A DNA stretch of 64,000 nucleotides, taken from NCBI RefSeq assembly GCF_016026235.1, contig NZ_CP065613.1; one strand, given 5' to 3'. The DNA is from Escherichia coli. Its GTDB lineage: Bacteria > Pseudomonadota > Gammaproteobacteria > Enterobacterales > Enterobacteriaceae. The first letter of the stretch is position 1; every line of letters starts with the position of its first letter. The notes below the pieces were generated by a model, which searched no databases, was not told the origin of the DNA, and worked only from the letters and a program-made list of their open reading frames with translations. Shown piece by piece: positions 23,448 to 33,366 of this stretch. The translations under genes were made by a program, and so were the position numbers.

Positions 23448-24263
23448 TTAACCTACCTGCACCGACAGCATACTCAGGCTGCCCATTTCTATACCCTCAA
23501 CCGGAATGGTAATTGGCTCCTGCCCATCCCACGCACCTAACACATACAACAACGGCAGATAATGCTCTGGCGTTGGGTTCGATAACGCGCCACCTTCATG
23601 GTCGAGGTAATTCACCAGAGGATGTTGTTCCACTGGCCCTTGCCACGTCAGATTCGCTTTCACATACTCATTAAACGACGTCGCCCACGGATACGGTGAA
23701 CTATCACCGTGCCACTTCACTGTGCGCAGGTTATGCACCACGTTACCGCTGGCGACCAACATTATTCCTTCATCTCGCAGCGCTGCCAGTTTGCGCCCCA
23801 TTTCGAAATGCCAAGCGGCAGGTTTGCTACTGTCGATACTCAACTGCACCATCGGGATATCCGCGTCAGGATACATCTTAATCAGCACGCCCCAGGAACC
23901 GTGGTCAAAGCCCCAGGCTTCTTTATCCAGCGTCACCGGGATCGGCGCTAACAGCTCAACCAGACGCTGTGCCAGCGCAGGCGAACCCGGAGCAGGATAA
24001 TGCGTATCGTACAGCGCCTGCGGGAAGCCACCAAAGTCATGAATCGTGGGCGGCGTCTCCATCGCGGTCACTCCTGTTCCACGGGTAAACCAGTGAGCCG
24101 AAACCACCACAATCGCTTGCGGGCGTGGCAATGTCATCCCCAACTTCTGCCAGCTGCGGGTATACAAATTATCTTCCAGCACGTTCATCGGACTACCGTG
24201 ACCTAAAAACAATGCTGGCATACGTGTTGAAGACATGATGATATCCTTAACTAAAGGTGTCAT
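23448..24263 (-). CDS. ygiD: 4,5-DOPA dioxygenase extradiol-like protein YgiD
   Basis: 271-aa ORF; an internal ATG at 24236 (MSSTRMPALF..., AAGGA upstream) is an alternative start. Confidence 0.85.
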   Translation of the reverse strand: MTPLVKDIIMSSTRMPALFLGHGSPMNVLEDNLYTRSWQKLGMTLPRPQAIVVVSAHWFTRGTGVTAMETPPTIHDFGGFPQALYDTHYPAPGSPALAQRLVELLAPIPVTLDKEAWGFDHGSWGVLIKMYPDADIPMVQLSIDSSKPAAWHFEMGRKLAALRDEGIMLVASGNVVHNLRTVKWHGDSSPYPWATSFNEYVKANLTWQGPVEQHPLVNYLDHEGGALSNPTPEHYLPLLYVLGAWDGQEPITIPVEGIEMGSLSMLSVQVG

Positions 24264-24378
24264 TTTGATATCCTCACAATACGCTTGTTCGGCGGAGTAA
24301 GAACCCGGATAACAATGATGATGATCATCAGTTATTTTGACGATCTGCCTGAAGGTGAAGATTTATAAGGAGTTGTCG

Positions 24379-25152
24379 ATGTCAGTACCTCTCATTCTGA
24401 CCATACTGGCGGGGGCAGCCACGTTTATTGGCGCGTTTCTCGGCGTTCTCGGGCAAAAACCCTCGAACCGCTTACTGGCGTTTTCGCTAGGATTTGCGGC
24501 GGGGATCATGTTGCTCATCTCATTAATGGAAATGCTTCCTGCCGCACTAGCTGCTGAAGGAATGTCGCCTGTGTTGGGTTATGGAATGTTTATCTTCGGT
24601 CTGCTTGGCTATTTTGGCCTGGACCGCATGTTGCCGCATGCGCATCCGCAGGATTTAATGCAAAAATCGGTGCAGCCGTTGCCAAAATCGATCAAGCGCA
24701 CAGCCATACTGCTCACTCTCGGCATCAGTCTGCATAACTTCCCGGAAGGGATTGCCACCTTTGTCACGGCGAGCAGCAACCTGGAGCTAGGCTTTGGCAT
24801 CGCCCTGGCCGTAGCGTTGCACAATATTCCTGAAGGTCTGGCGGTTGCAGGCCCGGTTTACGCGGCAACGGGGTCTAAACGCACGGCAATTCTGTGGGCG
24901 GGGATTTCTGGACTAGCAGAAATTCTTGGTGGTGTGCTGGCGTGGTTAATCCTCGGTAGCATGATTTCCCCGGTGGTCATGGCGGCAATCATGGCGGCGG
25001 TTGCAGGAATTATGGTGGCGCTCTCGGTTGATGAATTAATGCCGCTCGCCAAAGAGATTGACCCTAATAATAACCCCAGCTATGGCGTACTATGTGGAAT
25101 GTCAGTGATGGGATTCAGTTTAGTGCTGCTACAAACGGCGGGAATTGGTTAA
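24379..25152 (+). CDS. zupT: zinc transporter ZupT (ZIP family)
   Basis: ORF 24337..25152; start at [19 protein letters not shown] (257 aa). Confidence 0.92.
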
Positions 25153-25161
25153 AAGCAACAT

Positions 25162-25192
25162 CAGAAGTTGTCCAGCGCATGGACAACTTCTG
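25162..25192 (+). terminator. hairpin after zupT
   Basis: cagaagttgtcc agcgcat ggacaacttctg. Confidence 0.55.
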
Positions 25193-25209
25193 CTAGCTTC
25201 ACTAAAGCC

Positions 25210-25404
25210 TTATTCTACCTTTTCGGCTGTCTCTTCTCTCGTACTGTTTAAGTATTTGTTCCGCGCTTCAAGCAGTGCGTCTCTGTCCTGGCGAAACGCC
25301 CGACAATAACGTTTCAAATGCAGGAAATAACCCACCACAACCAGAACAATCAATACAATCCAGTACCAGGCGATAAACATCCTTTTACCCTTAATATTTA
25401 ACAA
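25210..25404 (-). CDS. hypothetical small membrane protein (one TM helix)
   Basis: 64-aa ORF with hydrophobic stretch IAWYWIVLIVLVVVGYFL; not recognised by me. Confidence 0.35.
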   Translation of the reverse strand: MLNIKGKRMFIAWYWIVLIVLVVVGYFLHLKRYCRAFRQDRDALLEARNKYLNSTREETAEKVE

Positions 25405-25571
25405 TACTAAACATTTAGCGCATAAATTTCACATATCCTTTTTCGGATATATTCATATGGTCGCATAATAACGGAACAATTATATGATTTTGATCATAAT
25501 GAAAAAGAATGCCTGATATTAATGAAATTTTCTCATAGAAAGAGAAGCGGAATTAACATCTTGCATAGCAG

Positions 25572-25608
25572 GGAAAAATAAAAACCGAAGCCTGCTACAA
25601 CTTCGGTT
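25572..25608 (-). terminator. rho-independent terminator after ribB
   Basis: aaccgaag...cttcggtt stem followed on the minus strand by TTTTTATTTTT. Confidence 0.7.
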
Positions 25609-25641
25609 TCTTGATTAAGGCAGTAAATTAAGCAGCGGTTT

Positions 25642-26295
25642 TCAGCTGGCTTTACGCTCATGTGCCTGACGGTATGCCACCAAGTCTTCAATAGTCACGA
25701 GTGCCATATTGTGTTTATTGGCAAACTCAATGCACTCTGGTGCACGCGCCATCGTGCCATCGTCATTAGTCAGCTCACACAGCACACCAGCCGGTTTAAA
25801 GCCTGCCAGCGTCATTAGATCAATAGTTGCTTCAGTATGACCGCCACGCGTCAGTACACCACCAGCCTGAGCGCGGAGTGGGAAAACGTGGCCCGGGCGA
25901 TTCAGATCAGAAGGTTTTGCGCCATCGGCAATCGCTGCGCGAACGGTCGTAATACGGTCAGCGGCAGAAACACCGGTAGTCACACCTTCAGCCGCTTCAA
26001 TGGTCACGGTAAAACCGGTGCCATAGGCGCTGGTGTTATTTTCTACCATCATTGGCAGATCGAGTTGTTTACGGCGATCTTCAGTAATGCACAGGCAAAC
26101 AATACCGCTACCGTGGCGAATGGTCAGCGCCATCTGCTCAACGGTCATGGTTTCTGCCGGGAAGATCATATCACCTTCGTTTTCACGGTCTTCATCATCA
26201 AGCACCATTACACCGCGTCCTTCACGCAGCGCAGCCAGTGCATTTTCAACACGTTCGAAAGGCGTACCAAAAGAGGAAAGTAGCGTCTGATTCAT
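25642..26295 (-). CDS. ribB: 3,4-dihydroxy-2-butanone 4-phosphate synthase
   Basis: 217-aa ORF; synteny. Confidence 0.95.
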   Translation of the reverse strand: MNQTLLSSFGTPFERVENALAALREGRGVMVLDDEDRENEGDMIFPAETMTVEQMALTIRHGSGIVCLCITEDRRKQLDLPMMVENNTSAYGTGFTVTIEAAEGVTTGVSAADRITTVRAAIADGAKPSDLNRPGHVFPLRAQAGGVLTRGGHTEATIDLMTLAGFKPAGVLCELTNDDGTMARAPECIEFANKHNMALVTIEDLVAYRQAHERKAS

Positions 26296-26403
26296 GGTAA
26301 AAAAACCTCACTAAAATTATGGTTACCAGAATCAGGGCAGTCTTAGGAGTGGCGGCATATAGCCAAAATAACGTGAGCGGGTCCATGCCCGACAGAATCG
26401 TTA

Positions 26404-26542
26404 CTCTCTCCCATCCGGACTCTAACCGTCGGCCCCGGAATTACACCGGATCTGCTGTCCTTTGAGTTCGCACCCAAAGCGCTCGCGGGCTTTCAACTGA
26501 GTTGATTTACCGCCGGTGGGGAATTTCGCCCCGCCCTGAGAA
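26404..26542 (-). promoter_or_regulatory. FMN riboswitch (RFN element) in the ribB leader
   Basis: minus strand reads ...GGGCGGGGCGAAATTCCCCACCGGCGGTAAA...CCGGGGCCGACGGTTAGAGTCCGGATGGGAGAG, the conserved RFN core. Confidence 0.85.
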
Positions 26543-26668
26543 TAAGCGGATTCACTATAACGCTAATGATTAGCGGCAGCAACGCATAGCTTCACATAAT
26601 TCTGGTTTATGACTTACCCTTATCGCACTACAATGGCACTCAACACCTATCAGTACAGGGAAACTACA

Positions 26669-26968
26669 ATGATTGACCCGAAAAAAATTGAGCAAATCGC
26701 TCGCCAGGTTCACGAATCAATGCCTAAAGGAATCAGGGAGTTCGGGGAAGATGTGGAGAAAAAAATCCGCCAAACCCTACAAGCGCAGCTGACGCGTCTC
26801 GATCTGGTGAGCCGCGAAGAATTCGACGTACAGACGCAAGTCCTGTTACAGACTCGTGAAAAACTGGCGTTACTGGAGCAGCGCATCAGTGAACTGGAGG
26901 CGCGCAATAATTCGGTAGCAGATCTTCAATCTCCTCCGGCTATCCCGCCTATTGATAAAGCAGAATAA
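26669..26968 (+). CDS. ubiK: ubiquinone biosynthesis accessory factor UbiK (YqiC)
   Basis: ORF 26609..26968; likely start at MIDPKKIEQ with AGGGA Shine-Dalgarno; coiled-coil. Confidence 0.85.
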   Translation: MIDPKKIEQIARQVHESMPKGIREFGEDVEKKIRQTLQAQLTRLDLVSREEFDVQTQVLLQTREKLALLEQRISELEARNNSVADLQSPPAIPPIDKAE

Positions 26969-26980
26969 AGCAACACAAAA

Positions 26981-26998
26981 ACGGGCCAGACGGCCCGT
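26981..26998. terminator. hairpin between convergent ubiK and glgS
   Basis: acgggcc aga cggcccgt. Confidence 0.5.
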
Positions 26999-27002
26999 AA
27001 TA

Positions 27003-27203
27003 TCAGTGTTCTAATTCAAGTTCTCTGGTTTGCATCATCTGTTGGCAATACCAGGCATAACGTGCGCAAAACCAGGTTCTATGTTCTTCATCCATGTTAC
27101 CAGTAACGGCCAGAATATCGACCGGGCGACCTTCTGCGTGCATTCTGGCAAAACTACGCGCCAGGAAATCGAAATTATTTAAAGAATTAAGACTATGATC
27201 CAT
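27003..27203 (-). CDS. glgS: glycogen synthesis / surface composition regulator GlgS
   Basis: 66-aa [18 protein letters not shown]... (ORF track starts 2 codons earlier). Confidence 0.9.
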
Positions 27204-27471
27204 AAGCACATCCTCCGGTTATCGCATACCTTTTAAGGCCATATGCTTTTTCTGATTTCAGTATTCCCCAATCAGTGTAGTGCCTTTAAACATAACGTGC
27301 GTAAATATATTGTCCCCGATCACACTTTTTAGTGAAAAATAAAAAACCATATTAAAAGACTTTCTCTTCCAGAACTTCTCTAACGTGTGTTATTATTAAT
27401 AAAGATAAATGTAAGCAAGGAAACTATCCCAAAGTGAATATTGCGTCACTAAATGGACATTGGAGTGACAT

Positions 27472-28101
27472 ATGATTTTATTCGCCGACTATAATACCCC
27501 TTATCTTTTCGCTATTTCCTTTGTACTGTTGATCGGCCTTTTAGAAATTTTTGCGCTTATCTGCGGTCACATGCTCTCCGGTGCTCTTGATGCACATCTT
27601 GACCATTATGATTCCATAACCACAGGTCATATTAGCCAGGCACTTCATTATCTCAATATCGGAAGATTGCCAGCTCTCGTCGTTCTCTGCTTGCTGGCTG
27701 GTTTTTTTGGTCTTATTGGCATCCTGTTGCAGCATGCCTGCATCATGGTCTGGCAATCACCACTGTCGAACCTGTTCGTGGTTCCTGTCAGTTTACTGTT
27801 TACGATTATTGCGGTGCATTATACCGGTAAAATAGTTGCGCCCTGGATTCCACGCGACCATAGTTCAGCTATTACAGAAGAAGAATATATTGGTAGCATG
27901 GCATTAATTACCGGTCATCAAGCCACTTCAGGTAATCCCTGCGAAGGAAAACTCACCGATCAATTTGGCCAAATACATTATTTACTACTGGAGCCTGAAG
28001 AAGGAAAAATTTTCACTAAAGGAGACAAAGTGTTAATTATTTGCCGACTTTCTGCAACGCGATATTTGGCGGAAAACAATCCCTGGCCCCAAATATTGTA
28101 A
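27472..28101 (+). CDS. yqiJ: inner membrane protein YqiJ (DUF1449)
   Basis: 209-aa ORF with multiple TM helices; synteny. Confidence 0.88.
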
Positions 28102-28127
28102 TTTATTAATCAAAAGGAAATTTAATA

Positions 28128-29789
28128 ATGGATGATATTGTTAATTCTGTGCCCTCCTGGATGTTTACCGCGATTATTGCCGTATGCATTCTGTTTATTA
28201 TTGGAATTATTTTCGCCAGGCTCTATCGTCGCGCTTCAGCAGAGCAAGCATTTGTCCGTACCGGCTTAGGGGGGCAAAAAGTGGTAATGAGCGGTGGCGC
28301 AATCGTGATGCCGATCTTTCATGAAATAATCCCCATCAATATGAATACTCTGAAGCTGGAAGTCAGCCGCTCAACCATTGATAGCCTGATTACGAAAGAT
28401 CGTATGCGCGTCGATGTAGTAGTCGCTTTCTTTGTGCGGGTAAAACCTTCAGTAGAAGGGATTGCCACCGCTGCCCAGACGCTGGGGCAACGCACCCTGT
28501 CGCCTGAAGACTTACGTATGTTGGTTGAAGATAAATTTGTCGATGCCCTCCGTGCAACAGCTGCGCAAATGACCATGCATGAGTTACAGGATACCCGCGA
28601 GAACTTCGTGCAGGGAGTACAAAATACCGTAGCTGAAGATCTGTCGAAAAACGGCCTGGAACTGGAAAGCGTTTCACTTACCAACTTTAACCAGACCTCG
28701 AAAGAACATTTCAATCCGAACAATGCCTTTGACGCCGAAGGTTTAACCAAACTGACTCAGGAGACGGAGCGCCGTCGCCGCGAGCGTAACGAAGTTGAAC
28801 AGGATGTAGAAGTTGCGGTGCGTGAGAAAAACCGTGATGCACTTTCGCGCAAGTTGGAGATTGAACAACAAGAAGCGTTTATGACGCTTGAGCAGGAGCA
28901 GCAAGTTAAAACCCGTACCGCTGAACAAAATGCGAAAATTGCTGCTTTTGAAGCTGAACGTCGTCGTGAAGCAGAGCAGACGCGAATTCTGGCTGAACGA
29001 CAGATTCAGGAAACAGAAATCGACCGCGAACAGGCCGTCCGCTCAAGAAAAGTTGAAGCTGAACGTGAAGTTCGCATTAAAGAGATCGAACAGCAGCAGG
29101 TCACCGAAATCGCTAACCAGACGAAATCGATCGCTATTGCCGCCAAATCGGAACAACAGTCCCAGGCAGAAGCGCGTGCTAACCTTGCACTCGCAGAAGC
29201 AGTAAGCGCCCAACAAAACGTAGAAACCACTCGCCAGACAGCCGAAGCCGATCGTGCCAAGCAGGTGGCGCTGATTGCCGCAGCACAGGATGCAGAAACC
29301 AAAGCGGTTGAACTGACCGTGCGGGCGAAAGCAGAAAAAGAAGCCGCAGAGATGCAGGCGGCGGCGATCGTTGAGTTAGCCGAAGCTACGCGTAAAAAAG
29401 GCCTGGCGGAAGCAGAAGCACAACGTGCGCTGAACGATGCTATCAACGTACTTTCTGACGAACAAACCAGCCTTAAATTCAAACTGGCCTTGTTGCAGGC
29501 GCTACCTGCGGTAATAGAGAAATCCGTGGAACCAATGAAGTCCATTGACGGTATCAAGATTATTCAGGTCGATGGTCTGAATCGTGGTGGTACTGCGGGG
29601 GATGCAAACACGGGTAATGTGGGGGGCGGAAACCTGGCGGAACAAGCATTATCAGCCGCACTCTCTTACCGCACACAGGCACCACTGATTGACTCCTTGC
29701 TCAATGAAATTGGCGTTTCAGGCGGCTCACTGGCTGCATTGACTTCACCCTTAACCTCAACAACTCCCGTCGCCGAAAACGTAGAATAA
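28128..29789 (+). CDS. yqiK: flotillin-like SPFH/band-7 protein YqiK
   Basis: 553-aa ORF, N-terminal TM then SPFH domain and long E/A/Q-rich coiled-coil. Confidence 0.9.
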   Translation: MDDIVNSVPSWMFTAIIAVCILFIIGIIFARLYRRASAEQAFVRTGLGGQKVVMSGGAIVMPIFHEIIPINMNTLKLEVSRSTIDSLITKDRMRVDVVVAFFVRVKPSVEGIATAAQTLGQRTLSPEDLRMLVEDKFVDALRATAAQMTMHELQDTRENFVQGVQNTVAEDLSKNGLELESVSLTNFNQTSKEHFNPNNAFDAEGLTKLTQETERRRRERNEVEQDVEVAVREKNRDALSRKLEIEQQEAFMTLEQEQQVKTRTAEQNAKIAAFEAERRREAEQTRILAERQIQETEIDREQAVRSRKVEAEREVRIKEIEQQQVTEIANQTKSIAIAAKSEQQSQAEARANLALAEAVSAQQNVETTRQTAEADRAKQVALIAAAQDAETKAVELTVRAKAEKEAAEMQAAAIVELAEATRKKGLAEAEAQRALNDAINVLSDEQTSLKFKLALLQALPAVIEKSVEPMKSIDGIKIIQVDGLNRGGTAGDANTGNVGGGNLAEQALSAALSYRTQAPLIDSLLNEIGVSGGSLAALTSPLTSTTPVAENVE

Positions 29790-30026
29790 ATTTTCAGCTA
29801 TGAACATCCCTGGCCCAAAAAGCCGAGGATTTTTTATATCTGCGTTCCGATAAAAAGTGCAAATGATCGGGCTGTTGCAGCATTTTGCGTGACCGCTCGG
29901 GGAAGGCAAAACTACCTCAGGGAAAGCGTTGCGCGGGGTCCGGCGCTCATCAACAATCGGGGAGTCAGCAAGGGGCTGAAACGGGAAAGCCCCTCCCGAA
30001 GAAGGGGCCTTGTATAAGGAAAGGGT

Positions 30027-30086
30027 TATGATGAAGCTCGTCATCATACTGATTGTGTTGTTACTCGTAAGTTTCGCAGCTTATTA
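30027..30086 (+). CDS. ibsD: type I toxin IbsD (19-aa hydrophobic peptide)
   Basis: ATGATGAAGCTCGTCATCATACTGATTGTGTTGTTACTCGTAAGTTTCGCAGCTTATTAA = MMKLVIILIVLLLVSFAAY; too short for the ORF track. Confidence 0.8.
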
Positions 30087-30104
30087 ACAGCCAATCAGAG
30101 GGGG

Positions 30105-30113
30105 GAGAAATCC
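30105..30113. repeat. target-site duplication, left copy (agaaatcct)
   Basis: identical 9-mer recurs at 31409-31417 flanking the IS. Confidence 0.7.
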
Positions 30114-31408
30114 TCTGAGGGATCCCCAGAAAATTTAGTAAACCATTATCATATTGGTATACCGTTGCTGTAGAACTTTCAGCCCTGCGTCAAATGACAG
30201 TGTGTTTAGTATGAGTGGAGAATGTCGAATCACATTCTCCGCCAGTTTTAATAACGAGATGACTCGCCTGTGCTTCACTGTATTTGCCTGATATTTATGA
30301 TGTATCCCTTTGTTTTCCAGGCTGAAACCGCTTAACCACATAATGATACTGGCTAATGTTGCGATCAGACTCAATACCGTGACCCGCCCGGATGAATGAC
30401 TGGCACCAAACCGTAGTCCAAATCCCCAGCGAGGATTTTTTTCATCCCTGAAATTTTGCTCAATTTGCATTCTACGGCTGTATAATTTCATTACCTGTTT
30501 TGGCGAGAACTCAGTACTGTTTGTGAAAATAAACCATGGTGATTTCCCGGCAGTACGAGCTTTAGCCGTCACCGATGGTCTGGTTGCTCTTTCCTTCGAG
30601 CGTTTAAATCTACGACCTTTAGGCTTACTTTTATAAAGATAAAAATGCCCTTCATGTTGTGCATTTTTATCTCGACCCAGCAGGCCTTCACCTAAATAAA
30701 TTGCTGTCGTTGATGCTTTTGTGCCTGAGTCCGACACCTTTTCCCAGCCATTACCAACATTGTAATAATGATTGCCCAGTACCCGGCAAATATAGGTCCA
30801 GCCACGGGAGCGGAGCTGTTGGAACCATCGCCCCTGAAAACCGGCATCTGTAATAACAATGACATCAGTCCCGGGGGAAAAGCACTCAGCAAGCGATTCC
30901 AGAAAACGCTCATGTACATCTGCATTCGCTGTCTGTGATGATGGAACGACACAACTCATCAACGGTAAAGAACGCCCGTCACATGCCAGGCTTGCCCGCA
31001 AAAGCTGAAAACGAGAGGCATGATAAGCACTCCAGTCAATGAGTATCACAACACGAGACATTCCCGCGTAATCTTTTGGGTAATTCGCTGAAAAATGGTG
31101 GAAACCTCATTTTGCAAATGTCGATTCCCCAACAGTCGATCCACCCGCTTTATTTTGTTTTTAACTGATGCCGTACCGGTTAAATGACGCCCGATACTGG
31201 TAAGTGTGAGGGAAGCGCCATTTATTACAGCATTAGTTGCGTCAATCAGTGATTTTTGACGGTAAAGATGCAAAGGGGCCAGTATATTGTTAAGGAAATT
31301 TTGGCATAATGAACGTGCAGGCATAGTGGTGATCTCCTTGAAATTGTTAGCACAATCAATTAGATCACATCTCACTATGCCTGTCTTGTTTTCTGGGGAT
31401 TCCTCAGG
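30114..31408 (-). mobile_element. IS10-like insertion sequence (IS4 family), about 1.3 kb
   Basis: terminal inverted repeats CTGAGGGATCCCCAGAAAA / CTGAGGAATCCCCAGAAAA (IS10 ends are CTGA..GATCCCC); 9-bp direct repeats; transposase homologous to IS10 Tnp. Confidence 0.85.
30135..31375 (-). pseudogene. IS10-like DDE transposase split into two ORFs by a frameshift
   Basis: ORF 31375..31046 (LTLTSIGRHLTGTASVKNKIKRVDRLLGNRHL, like IS10 Tnp N-terminus) and ORF 31061..30135 (ILIDWS...VITDAGF...RMQIEQNFRDEK) are in different frames; IS10 Tnp is one 402-aa ORF. Confidence 0.65.
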
Positions 31409-31417
31409 AGAAATCCT
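31409..31417. repeat. target-site duplication, right copy (agaaatcct)
   Basis: matches 30105-30113. Confidence 0.7.
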
Positions 31418-31429
31418 CCCTTACCCTTG

Positions 31430-31465
31430 TTCCTTTACTTTAGGTTGAAAAAAAATCAGCGTCAA
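31430..31465 (-). promoter_or_regulatory. sibD promoter-like element, now separated from the sibD body by the IS
   Basis: minus strand TTGACG - 17 nt - TAAAGT; the equivalent TTGACG - 17 nt - TAGAGT sits upstream of sibE at 31814-31841. Confidence 0.5.
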
Positions 31466-31659
31466 GAAGGTTTCATTAACACATATCCCTAGCCCAAAAA
31501 GCCGGGGATTTTTTATATCTGCGTTCCGCTAAAAGGTGCAAATGCTCAGGACGTTGCAGCGTTTTGCGTGACCGCTCGGGGAAGGCAAAACTGCTTCAGG
31601 GAAAGCGTTGCGCGGGGTCCGGCGCTCATCAACAATCGGGGAGTCAGCAAGGGGCTGAA

Positions 31660-31806
31660 ACGGGAAAGCCCCTCCCGAGGAAGGGGCCTTATAGAAGGAA
31701 AGGGTTATGATGAAGCTCGTCATCATACTGGTTGTGTTGTTACTGTTAAGTTTCCCGACTTACTAACAACTGATCAGAGGGGGGAGAAATCCTCCCTTAC
31801 CCTTGT
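31660..31806 (-). ncRNA. sibE: SibE antitoxin sRNA (antisense to ibsE), apparently intact
   Basis: promoter-like TTGACG/TAGAGT at 31814-31841 on the minus strand; overlaps ibsE; ends approximate. Confidence 0.55.
31707..31766 (+). CDS. ibsE: type I toxin IbsE (19-aa hydrophobic peptide)
   Basis: MMKLVIILVVLLLLSFPTY followed by TAA. Confidence 0.8.
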   Translation: MMKLVIILVVLLLLSFPTY

Positions 31807-31885
31807 TCCTTTACTCTAGGTTGAAAAAACAACAGCGTCAATAGGCCTGCCATGTACGAAGCGAGATCTGTGAACCGCTTTCCGG

Positions 31886-33319
31886 TTAGCCTTTTTTATC
31901 CTGTTGGATCTTCTTGATAATGTTAGTGGTCGAGCAACCGTCTTCAAAGTTGAGCACCAACACTTCGCCGCCGTTGGCCCAGACTTCTTTACTCCCGGCG
32001 ATCTCTTCCGGTTTGTAGTCACCGCCTTTCACCAGCAGGTCTGGCAGGATCCCGGCGATCAGACGCTGCGGCGTGTCTTCTTCAAACGACACTACCCAGT
32101 CGACCGCTTCCAGTGCGCCCAGCACAATCATACGCTGTTCGAGTGGGTTTACCGGGCGGGAATCCCCTTTCAGCCGTTTGGTGGAGGCATCGCTGTTGAC
32201 GGCAACAATCAAGCGGTCACCCAGCTTGCGGGCATTTGCCAGATAAGAGACGTGCCCGGCATGTAGGATATCGAAGACACCGTTGGTCATTACCACTTTT
32301 TCACCACGTTTACGCGCTGCCGCTACAGCCAGCTTCAGTTCCTCTTCGGTCATCACGCCAAAGCCGGTATCTGCGCGTCCACGTACAGCGTTTTCCAGCT
32401 CGATCGGCGAAACCGTGGAGGTTCCCAGTTTGCCGACCACCACGCCAGCCGCCGCATTGGCAAAGAAGCAGGCTTCTTCCAGCGAATTACCCGCTGCCAG
32501 CGTTGCCGCCAGGACGCCAATCACCGTGTCGCCCGCACCGGTAACGTCATACACTTCCTGCGCTTGGGTTGGCATATGCAGCGGCGCTTTACCCGGTTGC
32601 AGCAGCGACATACCCTGTTCGGAACGGGTCACTAACAGAGCCGAGAGTTCGTAATCGGCAATCAGTTTCATGCCGCGCTCAACAATCTCTTCTTCGGACT
32701 TACATTTACCGACAACAGCTTCAAATTCCGAGAGATTCGGCGTTAACAGCGTAGCGCCGCGGTAGCGCTCAAAATCGGTACCTTTTGGATCAATCAGCAC
32801 CGGAACACCCGCTTTACGCGCCAGTTGGATCATCTGCTGTACGCTTGCCAGCGCACCTTTGGCGTAGTCAGAAAGCACCAGCGCGCCAATCGAACTCAGC
32901 GCCTGATTAATCCGCTCGTGCAACGGCTGCGGATCAACACCTTCGAAACCTTCTTCAAAATCCAGACGGATCAGCTGTTGGTTGCGGGAAAGTACCCGTA
33001 ATTTGGTAATGGTCGGATGCGTCGGTACAGAAACGAAGTCGCATTTGACGTTGACGTCGGCCAGAGATTTACTCAGCGCGCGCGCTGCATCGTCAATGCC
33101 CGTCAACCCGACCAGACGTGCATTAGCACCGAGAGAAGCGATATTCATCGCCACGTTAGCCGCGCCGCCCGGGCGTTCTTCGATGGTATTCACTTTAACC
33201 ACGGGCACCGGCGCTTCCGGCGAGATACGGCTGGTGGGACCGTACCAGTAACGATCCAGCATCACATCACCAACCACCATCACTCCTGCTCGTTCAAACT
33301 CTGGCAGCGTTACTTTCAT
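31886..33319 (-). CDS. hldE: bifunctional D-beta-D-heptose 7-phosphate kinase / heptose 1-phosphate adenylyltransferase
   Basis: 477-aa ORF, ribokinase-like N-domain and cytidylyltransferase C-domain. Confidence 0.95.
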   Translation of the reverse strand: MKVTLPEFERAGVMVVGDVMLDRYWYGPTSRISPEAPVPVVKVNTIEERPGGAANVAMNIASLGANARLVGLTGIDDAARALSKSLADVNVKCDFVSVPTHPTITKLRVLSRNQQLIRLDFEEGFEGVDPQPLHERINQALSSIGALVLSDYAKGALASVQQMIQLARKAGVPVLIDPKGTDFERYRGATLLTPNLSEFEAVVGKCKSEEEIVERGMKLIADYELSALLVTRSEQGMSLLQPGKAPLHMPTQAQEVYDVTGAGDTVIGVLAATLAAGNSLEEACFFANAAAGVVVGKLGTSTVSPIELENAVRGRADTGFGVMTEEELKLAVAAARKRGEKVVMTNGVFDILHAGHVSYLANARKLGDRLIVAVNSDASTKRLKGDSRPVNPLEQRMIVLGALEAVDWVVSFEEDTPQRLIAGILPDLLVKGGDYKPEEIAGSKEVWANGGEVLVLNFEDGCSTTNIIKKIQQDKKG

Positions 33320-33366
33320 TCCTGTCTCCTGAGAGATTCAAAATTTGCGCGCGATAATACCATACT

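Larger units (their letters stand above)
29990..30113 (-). ncRNA. sibD: SibD antitoxin sRNA body (antisense to ibsD), severed from its promoter by the IS insertion
   Basis: fully overlaps the ibsD ORF on the opposite strand; its promoter-like TTGACG/TAAAGT now lies at 31437-31465; 3' end not determined. Confidence 0.5.
31478..31850. repeat. second copy of the ibs/sib tandem repeat unit (first copy 29796-30113 plus 31409-31477, interrupted by the IS)
   Basis: near-identical sequence to 29800-30113 with scattered substitutions. Confidence 0.85.

Noticed and set aside
29006-29557. 183-aa minus-strand ORF inside yqiK
   Set aside because: Antisense to the repetitive E/A/Q-rich coiled-coil region of yqiK, giving an Ala/Ser-rich artefact
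29796-31850. Tandem 0.37-kb repeats considered as a possible CRISPR-like or minisatellite array
   Set aside because: Only two units, each containing a 19-codon ORF matching Ibs toxins; this is the ibs/sib duplication, not a CRISPR array
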